DNA from: Chrysomallon squamiferum
Lineage: Eukaryota; Animalia; Mollusca
Reading direction: 5' to 3'
Assembly: GCA_012295275.1 (NCBI GenBank)
Contig: CM022670.1
Coordinates: 24,924,001 to 24,988,000, forward strand
DNA length: 64,000 nucleotides
Shown here: positions 31,995 to 43,919 of the stretch, one piece after another
Layout of the letters: each line of letters starts with the position of its first letter
Position numbering within the stretch: the first letter of the stretch is position 1
Program-made: the position numbers and the translations under genes
Notes under the pieces: generated by a model
The model's database searches: none
Told to the model about the DNA's origin: nothing
Seen by the model: the letters and a program-made list of their open reading frames with translations, nothing else

Positions 31995-32711
31995 CATACA
32001 CACAGTGGTACCTTGAATTACGAGTTTAATTCGTTCGGTGACAGAGCTCGTAACTCAAATTTGCTCATCTTATCAAATCAATTTTACCAAAGGAAATTAA
32101 TTGAAATACCATTAATCCGTTCCAGTCCCCAAAGCCACCCCAGTTTTTATAACGTGTTTTTAAATAAGAAAAATAAATGTATAAATGACAAATATTGTAT
32201 ATAAAAAAAAAAAAAAAAAAAAAGAGAGAATGTAAAGAAACAAATTGGTTTTGTAAAGTGTACAGGGTTAGGGTTTCTCCATCTTTTCATGGACAGAGAT
32301 CCGCAGCTTAGAAATTATTTTAACGCCTTTGGCTGGAGTTACAGACTTTATCGACTCCTGCTTCAGTGTGGTACATATCATAAAAGTACTACGCGTACTG
32401 CCTAGCCATGTCGACTACACGCACACCTCGCTCATGTTTTTCTATGATTTCATACTTTAATTAAATGGACATCATCCGCTTCTTCTTCTCAGCTCTGTCC
32501 TTTGCAGTCACTTTCTTAGGATCTATGGAAATGTGGCAAAATACTGCACAAATCGCGAGAATAACACAATAGAAATGTTTCCACGGCGAGGTAACCACGT
32601 GAAGCGAACGAATGAGACGCGGGATGCTGGGCGGATGTTGCGTTGTTCGTTGCGCCAACTAGCTCGTAACTCAGAAAACTCGTAAGTTCGAGCAGTCGTA
32701 GCTCGAGGTAC

Positions 32712-32754
<43 letters not shown>

Positions 32755-34917
32755 CACACACAGATATATACACACACACACACATGTATGTACATACATG
32801 CATACATACATTACAAAAAGACATACGTACACTATAATATATACATACCCAGACATAACTCTATCGCTTATTTATTAAGTTACTGTAATATTTTTAACCA
32901 ACAGTTAAGAAACAGTTAACACGATGCGATCATTTACCAGCTGCTGATTCTAACTTAGAAACCAGTCACTGGAACCAGTCATTCAGCCTTTCCTTCTCTC
33001 TACTTAATTAATTAATAAATTAACTTGCCCCTTCGCTTTCTTCGCTTTCCATCGGCTTCTCTCTGTCATCGGTGATGTATTTTGTAAAGTAGTGTACGGC
33101 AGCATACTGGACAATGGAGGCAAAGACGAACAGAAAGCACATGATGACGTAGATGTCGAGTGCTGTGTAGTACGTAACTCGGGGAAGGTCGTCCCTGTTT
33201 TCGAGTGCTAAGAAAGTCATCGTGAGAACCGTTGTTGTACCTGCGTGTAATCAGAACATGATATAACTGGTGATCCGCATTTCATACGTGTGATTAGAGA
33301 CAGTCCTTTGGTTTACTTCATGCTGTGTATATATAGATATATTGTATATATTTAAATTAGTCACAAACAATGCAAACAGCGTGAATACGCATATATGAAT
33401 GTGTGCATGAACGATGTTAATTTTCTAAAATGTTTAATTAAATTTTTCAACAAAAAATACACCATTTTACGTAACAGTATAACAGACAGAAATACTCACC
33501 GCCATTTAAATAGCGTGGAACATAATGCAATAACAATATAAATATACAAATACACAGATATTTTGTACACTTAAAAACATTCCGGTGATTTCTTCGCTCT
33601 GTTTACGAATCCTTAACAATAATAGGTATGATGCCACGTGATCGTATTATTATAAAATGTGTTGAATTCATTTCTTCCTCTTTTTTTTTTTAAATGTTTA
33701 ATTTATGTTTATACGTTTTGTATTATAAGGGTTTAACTGACCGAGTGCGATTCTGTCGGAGCAAGCTTCTCTGTTGATGAAGAAGGAGACCCACGAAAGC
33801 ACAACGAGAAGGCAGCAGGGAACGTAGACCTGTATCAGAAAGTAGCCCGTGTGTCTCCTCATGTGAAAGAAAACGGTAAGAACTGAATGGACGTCTGAAA
33901 ATGATGCAGACAGTTTATACAGATGGCATCATGATATCGTTTAGAGAGATAAGAAGGGAAAATAGAGAAAATAATACAAACAGAAAAAGAAATCAAGAGA
34001 GAAATGTAAACAGAAAGAAATAGACTGATATAAAAACAATGGCAGACAAATGAATGAATAAATAAATGGGTTTCAAAAGTCAGGCGTTCCATATTAAATA
34101 ATGATAACTGTATAATGACAAATTCTGTGAGCAGAAGGTTTGCCGTTTATAAATACGTAGGAAAACAATATGCTACGTTCTTTGACACCGTAAGTCTTAG
34201 GATACCGGTTGTCGCCCATAGCAACATCAAGAAATTAATATAAAATATGTACTATGTAATTTAATTAAAACTAATGATATAGAAGAATAAATATAGAAAC
34301 ATACTGCAAAGTTTAATTAATATTAATTTTACAGAAACACACACACACACACATATATATATCCTGGAAAACTGAATTAATGTTATATATAGGCCAAATT
34401 TAAGAATAAATATTAATATATACTGCACAATTTAATTAATACTAAAAATTATTTTCCCACCTCCTTTAAAATTCTTGGATTGATTGGATGCCGGAAGACC
34501 AATGAGATCAAACTGAGACATCGCCATATCCGAGTGAACTTCCACAGCTTTTTCATTACCATACCTCCACACGTACATCACATCAGACTCGGCGTACCCA
34601 ACTGTAAACACGAAACATTTATTTAAATGAAATTGTTTATATTTTGTGGGAAATGCAATGACTTATCGTTAATTTATCACCGCTAATGGCATTCATATCC
34701 GAACCCAAGACTTAGTGGCATTATTCTTACTTAATTATGAAGTACTTTATTTACCCCTGTTAAGACCGCACAGCACATTTAACTGGAATGTGTTTATTTA
34801 TTTTGTGGAATTTTAATGACTTATTTAGTTAACTGAGTAAAATTTGACATCATTATTTAAATGAAATATATTAATTTTCTACTGGAAATTTGATGATATA
34901 TTAAGTTCAATCATATG

Positions 34918-35007
<90 letters not shown>

Positions 35008-35945
35008 CAGTAGTCCGAACTTTATTTAACTTTTTATCCTTCTGTTATGTTGTGTGGTGATATGTGAAAAAACATAACAGAAGGTTCTTTTTAATTTCAT
35101 GATATTAAACATCTGTTCCTTGAATGCATTTGCACGTTAATCAACGAAATAAACACGAGCACTGTGCACGTGTGGTAACAGACACTTACAGCTGGACAAA
35201 TGTAGAGGGCATCGTTGAGTGTCCATGGGAAACGACTCCAGTTGCATGGAACAGCCGGCTTTTATAGTCAGTCTGAAACGAAATTGGTCAGTCTGTTCAG
35301 ATGTCGATCGTTTTATGTCTGTTAATTAAGCAGAATTAATTTAATATATCAGATGCGGACTTTGTTAAAGGTCGCTTCTTTCCTAAGTCTGATATCGATA
35401 ATTGGACTGACAGAGTACATAGATTGATTGCTGTTGTCGGCTAAAATGTAGCTAAAGATTACATTTGAGCCTGTCGGAGTCTGTAAATGGCTTATATCAA
35501 GGAGAGTGATTGTTTCTGGTTTGTTTAAATCATCCACGTAATTGCCACACACGCCTTATGGAACAAGATCATTTGTCTAGTGTATCAGATATTTGGTTTT
35601 TGCCATTAACTACGTTAGAACATTTACATGTATATTCTTCAATATCGCAGTAATTACTTAACTGTCATTAATTAAAAGGAGTAGATAATATTTTCCCGAT
35701 ATTTAGAGAGTAGTATGCACGAATAAAAAATACCAAAAAAAAAAAAATCACACAAAGACATGCCACTGCAACATTTAGTACTACTATATCTACAGTATTG
35801 TTAGAGATGATGCTACAACCAGCAAAACTAATATACTACTGTTGTTGTTATTATAACTTCTATTGACTTTATTATTATGACTACTACCACAACCACCATT
35901 ACTAACACTAGTACTACTATTACAACTACTATTATTCTACTACTA

Positions 35946-35980
<35 letters not shown>

Positions 35981-36377
35981 TCTGCAGCTACTACTAGTAA
36001 TACTACTACTACTAATTCAATGAAAATGAAGTTGAAATGAAAAAAAAAGCAGGTTGATGATTATTATGATGAATGTAATGATTATATGTTTTCATGCCTT
36101 TGCGAATAATAAATAAAGCCGTCGCTGTGCAGCCTGAAGAACTTGTTGGGTGAAGTAATTGTGTGCAGATAAGAACTTCCTCCGTTTAGGAAAAACGTGT
36201 CTGGATACCACAGCAGTTCCAACATCCTCACACTGAGCGACACGTTAGACACACCCACTTCTGTCTGATTGAACGACAGTCGCTCGTCCATCCAGTACTG
36301 TCTAAAATAACAGTCCATCGAGTACACCTGAAACACACCGTACGTGTATTTAACATGAATAAAAACATACACCGAAC

Positions 36378-36452
<75 letters not shown>

Positions 36453-39400
36453 AGAGAGATTGATATTTATCTAAATAAAAATAAAATTACAATAAATAAA
36501 TAAAGAAACAAGTTATCTACGATAAACTAACTTCAGTAAAAAAAAAGAAGCGAAAAACTGAAGGATACTGTGTAATTCGAGAGCTGGATACCACTGATTT
36601 CCAATAAATGAAGGCCTACGCGAGCAAATAACTTTCATTCTGGTTTATTACACACTTGACGAGACAAGGTAGGAAATAAAATGTGTCTGTGTTTTCCCTC
36701 TTCGCACCAAAAGCCATTTACTGATCGATTTAACTTTCTAATGATTAGCTGATTTGGAAACAAGACCTAATGAGTAATAAATGCACAGATAATAGAGAAG
36801 TACACGCAGCAGTCTTATCACCTTGGTTTTTATAACAGTTTTTTTTTTTATCCAAGACAGAGACAGTGAAAAAATAAATAAAATAAATAACAATCCAATA
36901 ACACACACTTATTAGTGCAGTCTTTAAAAAAAAAAAAAAAACTGTTTGTGTGTGCGAGTGCCTGTGGGAGTGTGTGTGTATGTTGTGTTGTGTTGTGTTG
37001 TCTGTGAATGTGTTTTCTGTATTGTGTTGTGTGAGTATGTGTGTTGTGTATGTGTTTATGTATGTTGTGGTGTGTGTTTGTGTTAACAGTATTATACAAC
37101 ATTGAACCAACCATATCGGCTTCTGACATTGGGCCCATGGATCGTATAAGGATATCTGTCATGATGACTAGTGGCGGTCCTATAAAAGTTAAAAAATATA
37201 TGTTAAAAAGTCATCAAACATAAACAAAACAGTTTTTGTTCTGTAACTGTTAATAGATTCGACAGTAATATACCAGTGAGCCACATATCTGAAAATGGAA
37301 GGTAGGAGCATTTAATTAACGATATTTCTACACATTTTTATTTTTGGTTTTTGTATAGTAAAGGCATAAAAGAGGACACAGTGGTTGCCTTCTTGTCGTT
37401 TACGAAAATAAATCCTTTGTTGTGCTTCTTTCCTTTTATAGACAGGAAAAACATACAAACCTCGGGGCAATGGATAATAGACTATTGAGTTTACCCAGAA
37501 GGACTGATGTCGTGATCCAACACGCCTGAGCCCATTACCACGAATATACTGCTCTCAGTTGAAAGACAGTTTTGCAAGAATGAAAATGAAAGTGTAAGAT
37601 AAATCAGTAAGAAAGGATTTAGGAACTGGCTGTACACGATTAAATGGCCGTACTTTTATTTTCGTAACGCATCTAATATTTCAATAGAAAGCTTCTTCGA
37701 CTACAGCCAATAAATAAAACATGTTCTAAAATATTGGGATTTCTTCTCTTTTTTTCCCTTTTTCTTAATTTTTTTTTTTTTTTTTTTTGCTTCTTATTTT
37801 TTTTCCTGTTTTATTTATTAAACATAATTTCATTTTTTTTTTTTTTTTTAAATTAACGAATTTTATCTTATTCTTTTATTTCTCATTTTTCTGCCAGAGA
37901 TGACAAAATATCTGTGTTAAAAAGGAACGTAGAAACATTTATAACTGACGAACGGCCTGGAAATGAAACAGGAATAAACCGAATTTCCTTTGATTAAAAC
38001 TCAGGTTATTTATACAGTTTCGTAATGTCGATAAAATAAACAGGATTCTTATGTGTCCTTGGCTTCGGGAAAAGTCAGCGTGGGAATTCTTCCGCGGACT
38101 TTGTGAGCAAGCTATTGTTTCGTCTCAGTAATTTATCGCTCATTCCAGCCACAGGCCTCAGAGTAAACAATCGTGTTGACTCCGTCTGCAGCGGTCCGGC
38201 CACTTACATAAATCGTCAACACAGATGATCATGAGACCAGACGAATCGAATAAATCATAATTATTGTTTGTGTAGCAGATACAAGTGCTCCGGTTGTCTA
38301 TAAAACACCGCGTTATTGGTGGTAATGATACAACGTCTGACCACAGAATATGGCGACCCTATAGAGCACTGCCTTCAGGATCATCTCACGTAATGAAATA
38401 TTTCCACTGGTTGTTCCGTTACGGTGCAGATGAGGTCAGCAGTTTGATCGTTTTAAAGTTAATCTTAGGACAAAAGAGAAATAATGTTAAAACTTTTTTA
38501 ATTTTTGTTGTTGTATTTTTGCGTTCTTTCAACCTCTTTTTTCTTTTTCTTTTTCATTTTTTTTTATTTTTTTTTTTTTTTTTTTTTTTTTTTTGGCATT
38601 TTAGTATATTATATAATGTTTAAAATATTTTTATAGAAGGTAAAAAATATAGTTTAATATCTATTCTCATGTAAATCTACACATATCTGAATTAAAATTA
38701 TAACTATTGCATGCTTATTTCTAATTTTTCTTTTGGAATTCGATAGCTTTTGATTTCTTTTTTATTTTATTTGTTCTTTCGTTTCAAATTTTTAATAATC
38801 TTCAACCATTTGAATGTTCGGTATTAAATTTAAAATCCAACCCGAAGCAGCACTTGACAACAAAACAGTTTCACCCGTCTTAAATTAAGGGTACTATTTC
38901 AACTAAACCATAATTGTAAAATTTTAAAGTATTTTGACCCTGATAAATCTATACCTGCTGCAGTACGAATGAATAGACTAAAAACTGATAAGTTACACTT
39001 TAAAAGTTATTATTTTATTTTAATGTAATCATTAATTACATATTATGAATACCGACATTTTACCTTTTTACGATTGGAGTTGTGACGTCTTCGGATATAG
39101 GTAGCAATATTTTTATTCATTTATATATTTAGTTACTTAATTTTTTGGAGCTAGAAACAATTATCCTGGACTGCCCTGTAAGTGACGTCACTGTAGTAAA
39201 ATGGAGGCAGAAAATATTTTTAAACTGAGTTCTTTTATTGTTACACTTGGTTATTAATCAAAACTGGATGACAAAAGTGAATGCAACAGAACTTAGAAGT
39301 AAGCATAACACCTTTAGACTCCTTCATCTTATCCACAAAGCTAGACTTTAAAGAGTAAGTTAAAATGCGTACCTCCAAATCCTGGTCTAAGTCGTCTGTC

Positions 39401-39795
39401 ATATCCTTTGAGCAGATTGTTCAGTAGCACTGTCATTTCCTTAGTCTGGTGCATCCAAGCAGACCACGCACCAACGAAGATGCTGATACAGTACAACAGA
39501 AAAAGAAAGAACGTTTCTGGTTTAAAAGCAAGAATAAAAAAAACATCCAATGAAATTTCCCAGTTTTGATTTTTGATTTTGTTTTAAGATGTAATATGGT
39601 ATAAGAAACCTAAATCTGTCCTAATAAATTGTTCATCATATCATTTTAATAGTCTGATTTAAGCCCTGAATCTGTAGTATAGCAACTACAGAAACATTTG
39701 CACTGGTACAGTGCTTACGGCAGTCTGATGTAATTAAACAGATATGTGCAATACTGTATGCAGTATTACTTTCTAGTGCTCAAATATGAATAAAA

Positions 39796-39849
<54 letters not shown>

Positions 39850-39908
39850 AACACCAAAGATACGTTTGCTTACCTTGAAAATATTATCACCCTCAGGATG
39901 TTACTCAT
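31561..39908 (-). CDS. Cys-loop ligand-gated ion channel subunit, GABA-A/glycine receptor family, GRD-like, 426 aa: complement(join(31561..31809,33029..33240,33742..33894,34461..34601,35190..35272,36098..36327,37112..37179,39373..39482,39874..39908))
   Basis: YDRRLRP, MDCYFRQYW, LWYPDTFFLNG, Cys loop CSMQLESFPMDTQRC, M1-M4 all present. Exon sizes of 68, 83 and 153 nt match the conserved GABA-A gene structure. Exons sum to 1,281 nt in frame. Confidence 0.92.
31860..31920. repeat. 61-bp inverted copy of the Tigger-like element end (pairs with 32003-32063)
   Basis: Reverse complement matches 32003-32063 at 57 of 61 positions. Confidence 0.92.
32003..32716 (-). mobile_element. Internally deleted pogo/Tigger-like DNA transposon (714 bp) in the last intron of the channel gene
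   Basis: TIRs CAGTGGTACCTTGAATTACGA (32003) and reverse complement CAATGGTACCTCGAGCTACGA (32716). TA flank on the right; the left flank is CA within a microsatellite. Contains a degenerate transposase N-terminus. Confidence 0.85.
32272..32526 (-). pseudogene. Degenerate Tigger/TIGD1-like transposase N-terminus (CENP-B-type HTH)
   Basis: Manual translation IDPKKVTAKDRAEKKKRMMSI*LKYEIIEKHERGVRVVDMARQY/RSTFMICTTLKQESIKSVTPAKGVKIISKLRISVHEKMEK. Start codon lost, one stop, one frameshift. Family assignment from recognised motif pattern. Confidence 0.8.
33029..33240 (-). CDS. Channel exon 8 (M2, M3), GC donor
   Basis: GTTTVLTMTFLALENRDDLPRVTYYTALDIYVIMCFLFVF; CAG acceptor; GGG|GCAAGT phase-0 donor. 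Confidence 0.9.
33742..33894 (-). CDS. Channel exon 7 (153 nt; pre-M1, M1, start of M2)
   Basis: MRRHTGYFLIQVYVPCCLLVVLSWVSFFINREACSDRIAL; CAG acceptor, GTCAGT donor. Confidence 0.95.
34461..34601 (-). CDS. Channel exon 6 (FGYAESDVMYVW...MSQFDL...NFKG)
   Basis: CAG acceptor, GTGGGA donor; phase 1-1, 141 nt. Confidence 0.92.
35190..35272 (-). CDS. Channel exon 5 (83 nt, Cys loop)
   Basis: LTIKAGCSMQLESFPMDTQRCPLHLSS; CAG acceptor, GTAAGT donor. Confidence 0.95.
36098..36327 (-). CDS. Channel exon 4 (VYSMDCYFRQYW...FIYYSQR), GC donor
   Basis: CAG acceptor; ends AG|GCATGA at the conserved phase-2 position. Confidence 0.9.
37112..37179 (-). CDS. Channel exon 3 (68 nt, GPPLVIMTDILIRSMGPMSEADM)
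   Basis: TAG acceptor, GTTGGT donor; conserved size and motif. Confidence 0.92.
37295..37465 (-). mobile_element. Highly degraded antisense copy of the same SINE family
   Basis: GGAAGG...ATTTAATTAACGA...ACACATTTTTATTT is a rough reverse complement of the tail at 13500-13555, followed by AGACAGGAAAAACATAC. Confidence 0.35.
39373..39482 (-). CDS. Channel exon 2 (IFVGAWSA...YDRRLRPGFG)
   Basis: Pyrimidine tract plus TATCAG acceptor (phase 2); GTACGC donor (phase 1). An alternative acceptor lies at 39516. Confidence 0.85.
39874..39908 (-). CDS. Channel exon 1 (MSNILRVIIFS), signal peptide start
   Basis: ATG at 39908, AG|GTAAGC donor, phase 2. Joined to exon 2 it gives the signal peptide MSNILRVIIFSSIFVGAWSA. 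Confidence 0.7.
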
Positions 39909-41893
39909 GGATTGCACATTTACTTAAAACCTTCCAGATGAAAATAAAGGTAATCCCAAATTTGAATGTTTCACAAGTCTTCTGCACAACGAAATGTCAA
40001 AAGTTCCAATTATGTTTTGTGCGCACAAATACTTTTCTTTTGAAACATAATTTAAACTAATGGTTATGTTTTTCTTGCGTCAGAAAAAAACAAAAGAATA
40101 AGGTTTAACAATGATTACCATTAGCTGTAAAATGTCCAAAGAAATAAGAATTGAAAAAACGTGAAAAAAAAAATACACGTTATAATTCCAAAATTACGAC
40201 AATCTTCAAAAGGGCAGATATCTGAAATGGTTAAAAAAAGAAAAAGTTAATAAACTGAATTTTTTTCTTAAAACAATAGGTAAGTAAGTAAGTAAGTAAA
40301 CACGTAAGTTAGTAGACAAGAAGTTCGTATATAAATAAAATTAAATCTGTCTAGAATCTTTTAGATTAAAGAATATTAAAGAAAACAAAAAGAATTATAA
40401 ACACACACTTCCTGAAACATAATTTAAATGACATTTAACCAATGAAATCAAATGAAAGAGCCTAGGACACTACAGAATTGTTACAGTAATTTAACTAGTT
40501 TTGTCTTCAGTTTGTACTGTTCCAGAGTAAACAATGGTCAGTGTATAAAAAAAATCCGAACTTATTGCGTGGTGTACATTTATATAAATCTTATTTTTAG
40601 TAAATCATTTAAACCGTTCATTTTCAGTAAACTTGACTGTGGTGGAGAATAATTTGAGATAGATCATATTTAGGATAAATAAATAAACAATAAAGGAAAA
40701 ACAACAACAACAACAACAACAACAAAAACAACAACAACAACAACCAACAATAATAATAATAATAACAACAATAACAATAATAATAATAACTATTATTATC
40801 ATCATCATCATCATCATCATCATCATGATAAATCAAATACAATAACTGAACAGTTCCAATACATCAGAAATAAAATATTGTTATTTCTATAATATATAGC
40901 AATTCAGTGAAGAAAAAAAGAATGAACAAGAAGGAAGTCTCATAAGTTTCCTTTTCTAGCCTCCCAGGCAATCATATACGCTACACATATTGCATCGTTC
41001 TGTGTGTATATTCAACAGAGCATTTTTTTTAAATCTCATTACTTTTATATGTTGAAGGAACAAACATTTCGACTCATCGTGTAGAATCTCTTGATAAAAA
41101 AAAATAATAATAAAATAATAAAAAAATTATCAAACAAAAATTTGACGGATATAAAAATACTACACCAGCTTGATAAATTAAAAAAATATATATAAATTGC
41201 TTGAAAATTATTAAAAAAAAAATTAAAAAACCCCAAAATCATTCCAAATTAAAAAAAAAAAAAGTACCGCTCCAGAATCGTCTGATGTGAATAACTGTGA
41301 ATTTACTTGACTCTAACTTGACAAATACAAACGTATCATTCTGAAAAAAAAAAAAAAAAAAACAACAAATACAATAAAATAAAATAAATATTTTACTCGA
41401 TGAAAGTCTGCCACCTTAACCGTCAGCTTATTGATACATTCAACCGCCTCATCTAACCTATATTTTCTACAAGATTTCTTATCAATGCCGTGCTCCAGTA
41501 GTCAGACAAAATGTGTGATATTACTTGCGTGATTAAAATGACGGCGTAACGCAATTATTTTATCAAACGTTAGTAAATCAGTCAAGCTGAATGTATTTTT
41601 TTAACTTAAAATCAGATTTCTCTGATAGGACACTACGGGATGCTTCATCGGAGACTCGTCGCTTCATTAATGTAGACTGAGATATGTGAACTGTTAAAAG
41701 AGCTAGTGAGTGTATGAAAATAAAATGAAATAAAACTATAGAGAGCATAATTGCACTGTGGTGTATGTGTGCACGTTTTTATATATGTATATATATGAAC
41801 GGATGTATATTTGTATGCTATGTTATCATTAATAATAATAATAATAACAATAACAATAATAATATAATAGTAGTAGTAGTAAAGTAGCAGCAG

Positions 41894-41931
<38 letters not shown>

Positions 41932-42025
41932 ATACTAATACTAATAATAACATAAATTCGGTCATTTTTTTTTCGTAGGAAATATAAGTTGGCAGTATTG
42001 GCAAGACTAAAACACGTATTATAGA

Positions 42026-42208
42026 TTTCATAACCTCATAAACAATAAACACCCACAGGTAATGCTGTTTACCTTGTAAATATTATTGCTCACAAAAACA
42101 TATTACAGTTTTCATAACCTGATACGCAATAAATACACGAAATGCTGTTTACCGTGTAAACAGTATTTCTCACAAAAACATATATTACAGTTTTCATAAC
42201 CTGATACG
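42026..42208. repeat. Tandem duplication, about 80-bp unit, about 2.3 copies
   Basis: AATGCTGTTTACC...CTCACAAAAACATATTACAGTTTTCATAACCTGATACG occurs twice. Confidence 0.85.
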
Positions 42209-42430
42209 TCAATTGTGTATTAACGTACATCTGTTCAGAAGAAAATGAAGGTTAATTCCAAATAATATCTAATCAAACGAACTTCAAAAACGTCTGTCAA
42301 AAGCGTTAATTGTTTTGTGACGTAATAAACGTTATCACGTGATCTCTGCTTAACAACGTCATTCTTTTGTTTAGTACGAGGGTTTGCAGTCTTAAATTCC
42401 GTTTCGTGAAAAATTTAATACTTTGGTACA

Positions 42431-42960
42431 CAGTGATCCCGTCGGTAAGTAATATTTTGTGTCTTAAATTAATAGCTTAGTTAATTAAATTAATTAAACT
42501 TTATTTATAGCAAATAATTTATTCATTATTTATGTAGTATATATGTATGTATCGTTACAAAAATCAAACAAACTGTTCCGTATAGTTTAATAAAATTAAA
42601 ATCGCCGGGATCGATACTGTTTAAGCTAAACAGATTATATAAAAATAAAATAATAATAAAATACGCTGTAAAAATAAAAATAAAAATAATAAATTTTAAA
42701 AAAATGCTAAAATTTCAGAAAAATATAAAAATAAGAAATTATGAAAACATAAAAAATACATATACATAAAATAATAAAAAAAATATGAATAATATATACA
42801 TCATAAAACATACATACATACATACATACATACATACATACGTACGTACGTACGTACATACATAATTAATAAATTAATTTCTATAAATAAAATTTAATTA
42901 ATTTAATTAATAAAGTTATTAATTTAAGACATTAAATATTACTTACCCACTGGACCACTG
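42431..42960. mobile_element. MITE-like element (530 bp) with about 80-bp imperfect TIRs starting CAGTG (Tc1/mariner-like)
   Basis: 42431-42510 CAGTGATCCCGTCGGTAAGTAATATTTTGTGTCTTAAATTAATA... matches the reverse complement of 42881-42960 CAGTGGTCCAGTGGGTAAGTAATATTTAATGTCTTAAATTAATA...; TA on the right flank. Confidence 0.7.
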
Positions 42961-43660
42961 TATGATTAAAAAAAAGTAATAATAATTGTTTCACAGCATT
43001 ACCATTCTAATCTATTTAAGAGGTCTGCAAACAAACTATTACAGACAAAATTAAAATGTGGCTTCTAAGTCTGTATCCCTTAAAAATATACAGTAATAAG
43101 AAAGTTATTTACTGTTTTCTTCAATAACTGTAATTCATCAGCAAAAATAATTAATTAATTTAGTAAAAATGTCTTGGCACGCCGAAGCTATTAACAGATA
43201 TTTTCTACCATTTTCACTTGTAATTGTTTTGTTACTGTTATTCCTTACTGTTTTAGATATAGAGAAAAAATACTGATTTTCTGCAACATTCTTCTGGTTA
43301 TAGTTACGGCTATATATATCACAATTTTCATTAACATTTCATTTTACAGTAATGATCTGAATTTTTAAAAAGTCCAGATTCTCATTAATGTTCTTGTTTG
43401 TTGAAAAACACCCAAATTAAAGAAAGACTAATTCTCGAATTTCAATAAAACTTTTCTATCCTATTACGCCTTCATAAATATTTCTTATCTTACTGTTTAA
43501 GCACCAAATAAATAAAAAATCTTCTCCGATTGTTAATAAAATTTCTGTTTAATTAATATTATGGCTTATATCTAAAAATAATAAAATGACAAATAAAAAA
43601 AAAAATAATAATAATAATTTCAGTACATTTTATCTATTTATTTACTTATTTTATACATAT

Positions 43661-43708
<48 letters not shown>

Positions 43709-43919
43709 AATTAAAACACACCTCTGGAATGACAGAACACAGTAATTGCTAAATTTGCCTTTTTCCAGCGCTTCCACTAAATAATGATTAATAGCAAGCT
43801 CGAAGAACTTTAATAGTTTTTGCATAGTAAATGAAAGGTTTACAAAAAAGAATGTGTAGGAATTGAAAAGAAAATAAAGTTGTACTTGTTCGGCGATTGA
43901 TAGCTGTGGTTCTAATCGT

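Noticed and set aside
34211-34225. RFX X-box-like GTCGCCCATAGCAAC (weaker ones at about 45770 and 52276)
   Set aside because: Short degenerate intronic or intergenic matches with no supporting evidence.
39483-39550. ORF-track start (TTG 39550) or the out-of-frame ATG at 39546 before a T8 run as a frameshifted start of the channel
   Set aside because: A spliced model (39908-39874 + 39482) gives a clean signal peptide without invoking a sequencing error.
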